Positions 1 through 9,325 of a stretch of 64,000 bases of DNA are shown piece after piece. Source of the DNA: Vicugna vicugna (lineage: Eukaryota); NCBI GenBank assembly GCA_013265495.1, contig MU058337.1, forward strand, positions 2,138,686 through 2,202,685, in the 5' to 3' direction. Each line of letters opens with the position of its first letter. The stretch's first letter is position 1. The notes beneath the pieces were generated by a model, which was given only the letters and a program-made list of their open reading frames with translations, had not been told where the DNA came from and ran no database searches. A program made the translations under genes and the position numbers.

Positions 1-455
1 TCAACTAGATGATCTGCACTTTTCTACACATAAAATGTCAGCTGTTCATTCACACTTAATCATGTTTTTGTGAAAGTTGCAAAACAGTGAAAATTTTCTC
101 TGTCCCTGTAAGAAGCACTTCAGTAAGAAGCACTTCAGCCCTCCAGGTAAGCCTCCTGCAAACAAATGAAAACAATAACAAAAAACCCCTGCAGTGTGGC
201 CTGCTCGGGACCCTCCGTGTTTCTCTGCTCAAGGTCAGCGCGGCCTTTTGGAGTTACTGCCACCGATTCTGGACCTCACTCCCATCTCTACGGTAGGGGT
301 TTACTTATGCTGAGTTATGTTCCCCCAAAGCCCCATCCTTGGAGGTCATGCTTCATGTCATGGTGAAGAGAGCAGGTCTTTGAAACTAGAGCATCCTGGG
401 ATTAGATCCCAAACTCATCTCTTACTGGGTAACTCAATGTCTGCCATCAGCTAGG

Positions 456-605
456 ACATTTGTTACAGTCCCTGAACCTATGTTGACACCATTATCACCC
501 TAAACCCACAGTTTGCTTTCGGGTTCACTCTTGGTATTGTACAGTCTATAGGTTTGGACAAATACATAATGACACGCATTCTCCGTTATGGGTCATACAG
601 AACCA
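456..605 (-). mobile_element. L1MC/L1MD-type 3' UTR fragment, inverted relative to the 693-810 piece
   Basis: acatttgttaca...gggttcactcttggtattgtacagtctataggtttggacaaat resembles the reverse complement of the recalled L1MC 3' end. Confidence 0.7.
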
Positions 606-692
606 GCTGTCTTTTCACTCAACTATCACCTTCGTGGAAGGGCTGCTACTCACTGGCCAACTTAGCTCTGTCAGTAAAAGGACAGCGGGTTC

Positions 693-810
693 ATCCGGTG
701 GGGGATGTTGATAGTGGAGGATGTTTTGAGTGTGAAGGGGGCAGGGAATATGTGGGAAATCTCTGTATTTTCCTAAAACTGCTCTAAGAAATAGTCTATT
801 TTAAAAAAGG
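693..810 (+). mobile_element. L1MC/L1MD-type 3' terminal fragment
   Basis: ggtgggggatgttgatagtggagg...gggaaatctctgta...cctaaaactgctctaagaaatagtctatt followed by an A-rich tail. Confidence 0.75.
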
Positions 811-824
811 AAGAAGATAACTGG

Positions 825-1180
825 CAGCCTTGTGGACATTAAACCACAGGGAGAGAAGGCAGAAGCACAAAGACGTGTTGGGCAATTACAGCAACCATCT
901 AGGTGAGAAATCATGGTGCCTTTTATCAGAGAGTAGGTGTGGAGGATCTAAGAAGTATTAGATTCTGGACTATTTTGAAGACAGAATGGTATATATATTT
1001 TTAATAGATTGAATGAGTTGTATAAGAGGAAATGAGATGTTAAGATGACTACTTTAGCCTGAGCGCCTGGAAGAATTGAGATGCAGTTTACTAAGAGGGG
1101 AGCTTTGGGGGAGGATTGGTTTTGGGGACAAACATAAAGAGTTTAGTTTTGTACATAAATTTGAGATATGGCACATTTGA
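825..1180 (-). mobile_element. L2 LINE fragment
   Basis: Purine-rich L2 antisense motifs: ctaggtgagaaatcatggtg, agattctggactattttgaag, gagtttagttttgtacat. Confidence 0.7.
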
Positions 1181-1699
1181 GAAATTAAGGTAATTCCCCA
1201 AGGTTGCAATATTACTGCAACTGAAAAAAATAGAGACATAGATAGAAAAAGAGATTGGATTGGAATGGAATATATATAGAAATTTTGACAGTGATTCATT
1301 GTTAGTAAAATTATAGGTGAAAATTTTGCCTACTTTTCTAGATTTTCTCAGTTATATATTATTTTTATGTTGGGAGTTAAAAAAAGTAAATAAAAGGAAA
1401 CAAATGAGGAAGAAACAAATGTATCATTTTAGGAATATTGTGGTTTACAAATCTAGGCTCATATGCAACCACTTCACAATAGCCTCATGTCAAGTCTCCT
1501 AGCGTGAAAAGAAAAGAAAAGAAAGGCGGGGCATTACTCCCTTAAATCTTGAACATATTTTGTCAGTTTATAATTTTTTAATGTTATAAAAAACACTGGA
1601 TAGACCACTTTATAACTAAAAACTTACTACCTTTCAAAAGTTAATTATTCTTATTTATAGTTTTGCATTTTAGCAAGGTACAAATTTACCTATAGATCT

Positions 1700-1875
1700 G
1701 AGTTTTTCAAACCAAGGTTAGTCAAAACCTGGAGCTTGCTCACAAGTGCCTTTGACCCACAGAAATGGGCAGTTAAGGCAGTTGGAGGAGGGGCTTTCAG
1801 ACTCTGACCACTGCCTTTACCTAGACCAGCTGCACTTTTCATCTGCCGTCTTTTACAGTGAATTGCTGTGCAAAG
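1700..1875. mobile_element. hAT-Charlie non-autonomous element (MER102/MER112-like)
   Basis: tttttcaaac terminus and accagctgcacttttcatctg internal motif. Confidence 0.4.
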
Positions 1876-2017
1876 TTTTTTTCTTCCTTTTTTTTTAGTT
1901 TTTTTTTGGGGGGGGTGGCAAATGGTTTATTTATTTTTAGAGGAGGTATGGGGGATTGAACCCAGGACCTCATGCATGCTAAGCATGTGTGCTACCACTT
2001 GAGCAATACCCTCCCCC
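1876..2017 (-). mobile_element. tRNA-Ala-derived SINE (camelid vic-1-like)
   Basis: Reverse complement reads gggagggtattgctcaagtggtagcacacatgcttagcatgcatgaggtcctgggttcaatcccc, close to tRNA-Ala(AGC), followed by an A-rich tail. Confidence 0.85.
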
Positions 2018-2449
2018 CAAATTTTTATTTAGGTGACAGTCATGTCTCAGTAATGCAAGAAACACTGCTTTAAATGGTGGAAATACTGTCCAATGATGAC
2101 ACTTCAGCCTTGCAGGAGAGCTGTTGAGAGAAATATTAGAAGGAACTCTATATTTCCCTATACTCAGGGCTGTACACAGCCTTCTGTTTGCATATAAGCT
2201 AAGCCTTCCACCTCTAGTTATTGGATGTACTGTTGTCACAGGGCAATCTGCCCCTTCAAGCCCATGCTGAAAATGTCAGAAAAGACTACACCTGCCTTGG
2301 CTCTTTTCAATGAATATATCCAGTGTGGGTGCCTCATGCTGCAGACATGTGGGATACACAAAGAAGACTAAGGCATAACTCCTGCAGTGAAACACTTGAG
2401 TCAGAGTAAGGGTGGAGGATGTAGGGCAGTATAAAATTAAGGGCTAATT

Positions 2450-2700
2450 TGTATTAGTTGGGATGTCTTAAATGTATGTAATAAAAATAGAAATCTAAAC
2501 AGTAAATATAAATATCTAACAAAGAATCAGAATTAAGGTAGCCATTGGGCTGGTTATTTAGAAACTCAGTGATGTACCCAGGTGTATGTGTGTGTGTGTG
2601 TGTTTCCATTGCTCCTTTTTGTCATCCCTAGTGTTGTCTTCTTTTGTGGGCTGGTAGCATATCAGTGACCTTAAATCCAGGCATGACACTGTCTAGAACT
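2450..2700 (-). mobile_element. Old MLT1-type (ERVL-MaLR) LTR remnant containing a (TG)n tract
   Basis: tgtattagttgggatg start, gggctggtt...actcagtgatgt, and ccaggcatgacactgtctaga motifs. Confidence 0.45.
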
Positions 2701-2739
2701 AAGTTCTTTTTTTTTTTTTTCTTTTCTGCCTCTCTCTCT

Positions 2740-3040
2740 CTTTTATTTTTTAATTGAAGTATAGTCAGTTTACAATGTTGTATTAATTTCTGGGGTACAG
2801 CATAGTGATTCAGTTATACATACATGGATATATTCCTTTTCATATTTTCATTATAGGTTGTTATGAGATATTGAATATAATTTCCTGTGCTATACAGTAG
2901 GTCCTTGTTATTTATCTATTTTATATATAGTAATTAGTATTGCAAATCCCAAACTTCTAATTTATCCCTCCATCCCCATCCTTCCCCCCCCGCCCCAGTA
3001 ACCATAAATTTGTTTTCTAAACCTGTGAGTCTGTTTCTGT
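2740..3040 (-). mobile_element. Artiodactyl-type L1 3' UTR fragment
   Basis: ttttaattgaagtatagtcagtttacaatgttgt...tacagcatagtgattcagttata...cctgtgctatacagtaggtccttg, with poly-T at the left end. Confidence 0.85.
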
Positions 3041-3046
3041 ATTACT

Positions 3047-3241
3047 AAGTTCTTCAATAAAGGAGCCACTAGCCACATGCAACTATTTAAATTAATCAAA
3101 ATTAAATTAAAATTCAAAGTGCAGTTCCTCAGTGGCCACATTTGAAAGCTCAAAAGCCACATGCAGCAAGGAGCCATCATGTTGGACAGCAAAGAGACAG
3201 AACATCTACATCTTTCCAGGGGGTTTTAATGGATAGCACTG
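3047..3241. mobile_element. MER33/MER3-like hAT-Charlie element
   Basis: gccactagccacatg...aaattcaaagtgcagttcctcag...ttggacagc...ggatagcactg. Confidence 0.75.
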
Positions 3242-3628
3242 AATTTAGCAGAAATGACAATGACCTTCCTGTGGTTCTTTCTTATGAGGCAGGACATCAT
3301 CCTTTAAGCATTCAAGTAATCTTACCCACACGGTTCTTTGACCAGAATTGATTCTCACATTCATTTGGGTCGAAACCCTGACAAGGCAACAGGATTACTG
3401 CAGGACCCAGCAACCACCCACCAGTGCAGGATGGAAACAACGTCCCCCTAATCCTGAGTCTGTTCTTCAGGGGGAAGGCCGGAGAAACAGGCAGCGATCG
3501 TCTCCTGGGAGGAACTCCGGCCACCTCACAGCTGACTGGAGGAACAATTTGGCCCTGCTGGGGACTGAGCGGAGCCCCAGGTTTCCACACCAGAGCCGGC
3601 CGGGGCCCTGGAAGGTGACTTTGCGGCC

Positions 3629-3640
3629 TGCGCATGCGCA
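3629..3640. promoter_or_regulatory. NRF1 palindromic site TGCGCATGCGCA, with adjacent ETS core TTCCGG at 3654-3659
   Basis: Exact match to the NRF1 consensus inside the CpG island. Confidence 0.8.
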
Positions 3641-3888
3641 GCTCACTCTCCGGTTCCGGCCGCACAAAGCAGTCCTGCCCTTCCCCAGCTCCCCGACCAC
3701 CAGGCCAGGCTCCTGAGAAACACCCCTGCACTGGGACTCTGGAGGTGCTGTGGTGATGTGTCTACAAGGATTGGGGTTTGCCAGACCCCTACGGACAAGT
3801 CCAAGAGGAGGAAGCCTTGACACCAAAGGCATCCAGGTGTTGCTCTTCCCCGCGGGAGGTGCCTATTGGCCTCTTTTAACTCCTGAGA

Positions 3889-3928
3889 TCCCGCGAGATC
3901 CCGCGAGATTCCCCGAGATCCCGCGAGA
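3889..3928. repeat. 10-bp tandem array of TCCCGCGAGA (CGCG/BANP-motif-like)
   Basis: Units at 3889, 3899, 3909 (variant TTCCCCGAGA) and 3919. Confidence 0.85.
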
Positions 3929-4157
3929 CCTGGCTTCCTCTAGGAAGTTGGGTAGCAGCGCCTCAGGCTTGATTAAGTCATTCCCCAGCCAGCCCTGACT
4001 CGTAGCGCCTCGGGGCGCATCCGCTCCCTGCCCGGCTTCGGGACCCCCGCTGACCGCCCCTACCCACCCGAAGCCACATTTGCTTTCCTGGGAAACCCCA
4101 CACTCCGCCCTGCCAGTCCGGCCTCAGCCCTGCACGTCCGTCAAGGTTTTGGGAAGA

Positions 4158-4312
4158 ATGTCGTCTCAGGAGCAGGCTGCAAGGGAGCGGGCTGGGGCCC
4201 TGCCCGGGAGGAGATGCGGCGCTCGGGCCCCGCGGAAGCGGCTGAGCAGCCTTGACTCTTGGAGCTGACGGAGCGTCCAGGGAGGCGGGTCCCGGAGGCC
4301 TAGAGCCGCGGG
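4158..4312 (+). other. 3' part of candidate first exon of an unidentified + strand spliced transcript (true TSS unknown)
   Basis: Donor GGG|GTAAGG at 4312/4313 at the island's 3' edge; ATG at 4158 opens MSSQEQAARERAGALPGRRCGARAPRKRLSSLDSWS* (TGA 4266-4268). Confidence 0.55.
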
Positions 4313-4850
4313 GTAAGGTTTTATCAAGAAATGTAATTTGAGCTGAGAGTGAGTGGAAGGGTATTTCAAGCGTGCTTTCTACTTTTTAAGAACCACTGTG
4401 TATTTAGTTCGTTTTAAATCTACTCTGGTTTTCTAATTAGAATAAAGATGACTGAATTTGAAGAAAAGATAGATGGATTCTTAAGTGAGGGGACTGGCCT
4501 TTGAGAATGAACGTGCTGTGGAAGAAACGCAGGCTGGACCGCGGGGTCTGGAAAGAAGGCCATAGGTGTTTTTTTACATCTGAGGATGTTTAAAAACACT
4601 GATAAAGATAACAATGGACTCATCCTTCTGAGGTGTGACTTTTAACACGAGTTTCCTATCAGAATCTCAGTGTAGAGCTTGTTGAAAGTAAACATTCTTA
4701 GATGAATACAAAACAAGTCATGAATATTTTTATAAAGTTTTATGAAGAGTTCTGTTGCTGTGTCACTACCTCCAAATAGGCCTGTTGCTTGAAAAAAAAA
4801 AAACAAACAAACTCAAACAAAACCCTTCCTTTGCTTCCTGTTGCTTTCAG

Positions 4851-4932
4851 AGTCCAGGTGAAATTCCTTGGGAGGGCGTTGAGGTCCTGTCTGCATCTTC
4901 AGCTGTGTCTCTTTCTAGTGAAACTGTAACAG
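4851..4932 (+). other. Candidate internal or alternative exon (82 nt)
   Basis: Acceptor ccttcctttgcttcctgttgctttcag| and donor CAG|GTGCGC. Confidence 0.3.
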
Positions 4933-5047
4933 GTGCGCCTTCTGGAACAGAAGCGCGCGCTTCCTTCTTTCTCTCACTCATGTCTTTGCCTTTTTAAGAT
5001 TGAACCCTGGCCTCACGGCCGCTGGGAGATGATGGTTGTTGCCATCA

Positions 5048-5431
5048 CTGTTACTGAGTATTTAGTTCTCCTGTAAGCCCTCTTCCTGGCAGAAGGACTG
5101 CCCTTTGCTGTGCTGTTGAACTCAGGTGCCACAAGAGCATATGATTTTGACCAAGTACCCGTGAGTGGGAAGGATGTGTGTCGTTTCCCAGCACACGCTT
5201 AGAGAACCAGTGTGCGCTTTTGGGATGCTGTTTCTTGTTCACGAGGTTCCTGGCGGAGAGTCTCAGATAGCACCTGCTTCACCAGCCCCTTCTATGTGAT
5301 GACCAAATGGAACAGAGGCCCCGGGCAGCCTTGGTGGAGATTAGTATGAACAAGAAATGAGTTGTTTCAAATCACTGTCATTTGAGGTTTCTTTATTACT
5401 TCAGTATAACCTCGTCCACCTTGACTGTTCC
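5048..5431 (+). mobile_element. MLT1I/J-like LTR
   Basis: tgattttgaccaa...gtgagtgggaaggatgtgtgtc...aagaaatgagttgtttcaaatcactg...ttattacttcagtataacct...tgactg. Confidence 0.7.
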
Positions 5432-5504
5432 AAAAGTATTCCAAGACTTTCCTAGTCTAGGTTTGGTTTCATATTGAGTATCACATTTTATTGGTGTCTT
5501 AAAC

Positions 5505-5720
5505 CAGGACTCAGCAAACTTTTTTTGGAAAGGGCTAGATAGTATTTTGCACTTTGTGGGCAATGCGATCTCTGTTGCAACTACTCAACTTTGTGCAGCG
5601 CAAACGCAGCCATAAATATACTGTAAAGGAATGAGTGTGATTTTGTGCCAATAAACCTTTATTAATATGAGCAGATGCTGGGTTGGATTTGGTCCTCAGG
5701 CTGCAGTTTGCTGACTGCTG
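5505..5720. mobile_element. MER58A (hAT-Charlie)
   Basis: caggactcagcaaactttt...tctctgttgcaactactcaact...gcagtttgctgactgctg. Confidence 0.85.
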
Positions 5721-8504
5721 TTGGAATTCATGAATCGGAAATCAGTAGCACAAGTCCTTTAGTTGGTATTGTAAAGATCAATTAAATTTTTCTTCTCATG
5801 TGTCCATCTCATACATACCAATCTGAATTTGGGGCTATGATTTTTAGTAAGAAAGTCAAGATAGATTTGAACTCAGGAGTATAAACATTTGTAAAATCAT
5901 ACTTGAGGATTGGGGAAAGCATATGAAAAATTAATTCCTAATGAGTAATTAAAGAAATGGCATACATAAACATGCTTTAAAAAGGTAAAGTCTTAATTAT
6001 TTTAGCTACACTTCTAGATAACTGATATTAAGAGCCATAGGAAATTGCTCTTCTGTAGAGAAATATTGGCAATATCATATGATGTAACCTATTACTCATA
6101 ATTATATGCTGGATTTTTTAAATTATAGTTTCTATATGCAAAAATCTAGAGCGACACCAGCTCTTGATGAGATAAGTAACCTGGTTCACGCTAACCCACA
6201 CTCTTGTGCAGATATGTACCTGATTTTACTGCATCCGTGAATTTTGGTGCCAGTCAGTATTCTAAAATCGCTTAAGAAAACTCCAGCTATTTCTATTTGA
6301 AAAACAAGCACAGTCCATGTGGGCTCAGCTTTCTCTCTCTGTTTGGTTTGTTTTCATAGGAATGAGGATTTTTGAAGGAACTTTTCATAGGTATGAGGCA
6401 GGCGAGAGCTTTCATTCTTTAGTGAGAGTGATGAAAGAATCATCTCGAGAGGTTACCAGTGCTCTGAAAGGAGGGGGAAGAGGGTACATTCATACATTCC
6501 CTGCACAGTTCTTAGCCAAAGGGACTATTTCCTTTTTGGTGATTTCTAAAAATAAAAGTAGGAAAAAAACAATGGTGAAATGTGTCTGCATCACATAAAA
6601 TTGCAAATCATGACATAATATAATATAATATAGCTCATCTTTTCTCTAGGGCAGAATGTTTATACCATGTTGCTTTCCCAGGATATTTATAGATTTCCTG
6701 AGAATGACTAATTGTTCTCCAAAATCATATTTTTAGTTTCCTTCTCCCAGTCCACAGCTCTAGGAAATGTTAGACTGAAAAACTTGAGGCCTGTTGGTGG
6801 ACTTCCATCTGTTGTTAGTGGTTTCATTACAAAAACGTGTGTATCAGTAGAAGAAATTTTTTAGAAAGAAGTCATTTCAACTTCATGTCAATTGATAGCT
6901 TTACAAGTTACCCTTCATAGTTTATTTTGTGTGAGATAAACCCTTTAAGGAAAAAAAAAAATCCCTTGAAGCAATCTTACAAAAAACTGTGCTAGGATAT
7001 TAAATGTATGAGGAGACTTTTTAAGGAAACAAACCTATGGACTGAAGCTAATGAATTATCTATGGGTCCAAGTTCAGATTTCCTAAGTTTATTTAAGAAG
7101 ATGAATATATTCAGAAAAATAAATGCCATTACTGTTTCTTTGTCTGCTAACAAATGGCATTACCAGTAGATTTTATTTTGTAAGATGTGCATATGTGTCT
7201 ACCTAGGATAGCTCAGAAGATATTAATAGTCAGAAATAATGTAAATTCCAGTAATGTATTTATGAAATATATTGATGCTGTCAGTCTTTATTTATTATAC
7301 TGTGCCATGAAGTCTAGACAGAATAATAGTGCATTCTTTGTAGAGGCATGCATTTCAAAAATCATTGAATTTGCTGTAATGCCAGTCCCTGGGTCTCATT
7401 CATGAATTTTTTACAGTTGGTTTTACATTCCATCTAGAGAAAATAATTAGCAGCATTTTACCCCCCAATTCAACTAGAACTTTGTCTTTGGCATGAGCAA
7501 ATAACCTTTAATTTGACCGTCGAGCTATGTCTTAGTTTTTCTCTCTTGCCTGTGCCAAGCAATCCAATTTATTATGCAAATGTCAACAATTTCAAATATT
7601 TCCCATCTAAGAACATTTCATAGTGATACATACAGCTTGTGTCATTATACAAACATCCATTTAAGAAATTCTAATTCGTTGCAGATCCTCATTTAGCTCC
7701 TGAATAAAACCAGTACTTCTAACCCTAAAGTTTTATTGTCCATTAGCTTAAATTGGACTTGCTTTTCTTTTTTAACCTAAAAGCCATAACTGAATAACCT
7801 AAATGTAAGGAAAAACAGAGCTCGCTCTTGACAAATCTAAAAGGACCAACTGACAGAGAATGAGGAATCTATTAAATCTTCAAAGATCTAGTTTTATGCA
7901 GCCCGACCTCCTCTGCTCGGGGCAACTCGGAATATTCAGCATCAATCATGCATTCGTTCCTCTTACGCCCGCTTCCTCTCTTGTGCCTCCTGAAGTGCAG
8001 TGGGGCGTTAGTTATGGCCATCCCTGGAACTGATTCAATGCGCACTGCCACTCAACAGAAGACGCTGTATTTAAATTACGGACTCTCCAATAGTTTAAAC
8101 AGGTTTATTATCCCCTTGCCTTGCTGTTGGTCTTGTCGACAGGAAATTGATTTTTTACCTGACAGCCATCCATTTATAAAAATAGGTGCTTTTTCCAAAC
8201 TTCGTTATCTTCTTTGCTGATGGTCTTATTTTCTCTGGGTTCCGTTTGTCTGCCCTGATATTTTTCTGCTTGATAAGGAGGTTATCTGCCAAATGGCACT
8301 CGATTAGGATAGACCTAGTCCCTGTCGTGGCAGCTGCTCTATTTCAGATGATCTTTTTTATCGTGTTAACTTTCCCAAAGAAAAAAACATGGTGTATGCA
8401 CATTAAGTGGAATTTTTTTGGAGTGTGTTTATTCAAATACACAATCAGAACTTTAGCCTTCCATCCCTGGACAGAGGAGTAACTCTTTGTAGGGAAAAGC
8501 CCTG

Positions 8505-8743
8505 TGTTTTTCTGGTCATGCACGCTCTGGACGCAGGCTGGCTGTTTGGAAGCCTGTCTCCATAGCTTACCAGCTTGGGGCTTCGGGCAGGATATTTAAT
8601 TTCTGTGTCCTCACTTCTCAGCCACAGAACTGAGGTAGAAATATTACTTTCTTCACAGTATTGTTGTGAGGATTAAATAAGTTAGTATGAGTGAAGCTCT
8701 CAGTTTGGGGCCTGGCATGTGAAAGACACTCCATTAATGCTAG
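8505..8743 (+). mobile_element. MIR SINE
   Basis: MIR core gggcaggatatttaatttctgtgtcctcacttctc...gttgtgaggattaaataag...cctggcatgtg. Confidence 0.75.
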
Positions 8744-9139
8744 CCGTCCTTGCCTTTGCATCAGTGACTTTGTCTCAGGGCGCTCAAAGAATCATGGAAT
8801 ACTTATTCAGTCTTGGCTGTTCTGCCCATATGACTGGTGGAATGGCATTTGCATTGTATTAACCATTATTTAAAATTGCACTGACTCAGTTGTCCAGTGA
8901 TGTTGGTATAGACATTGAATGACACCCAAGAAAACTTTGAGCAACACTATTCAATAATATTAAAGAACCGTATTAGTCAATTCAAACACCAGATCTAAAC
9001 AACCTACCTCTTACCAGGTTTGTCTTCCTGGCAAGACGTGTTGTGTAGTGCAGCTGGTACAGCCATGGCTGGGGGCTCTGACCCTTATCTATAAAGCTAA
9101 ATACAGGTGTACATCAACATTTCTGTTAGGGCAAAATAT

Positions 9140-9325
9140 TGGCACGGCGGCTGGAATGCTGGGTTCAGATCTTGCCTGTGCCTCTTGGATGTGTCCTTGG
9201 GTTAACTACTGACGTCTCTCTTGCCTCCATTTCTTCATCTGTCAGAGAGTTGCAGGGTGAATTAGTAAAAATGTGTAAACCACTTAGAACGAAGCTTCAT
9301 CGTGGGCACAGGAAGCCTAATGCTC
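9140..9325 (+). mobile_element. MIR SINE
   Basis: ctgggttcagatcttgcc...ccttgggt...gcctccatttcttcatctgt...tgtaaaccacttagaac. Confidence 0.7.

Larger units (their letters stand above)
3590..4320. promoter_or_regulatory. CpG-island promoter
   Basis: Sharp rise in GC and CpG density against an AT-rich, CpG-poor background; GC boxes near 4053 and 4103; inverted CCAAT (ATTGG) at 3865-3869. Confidence 0.85.

Noticed and set aside
108..138. Perfect 15-bp tandem duplication gtaagaagcacttca x2
   Set aside because: Ordinary slippage duplication; only two units and no spacers, so not CRISPR-like.
1940..2017. tRNA-Ala(AGC)-like sequence (also 48770-48850)
   Set aside because: Broken stems and A-rich tails mark these as SINE copies, not tRNA genes.
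3312..3998. Overlapping 82-139 aa ORFs on both strands in the ORF track
   Set aside because: Expected from stop-codon scarcity in a GC-rich island; Pro/Arg/Gly-rich, no recognisable domain, mostly non-ATG starts.
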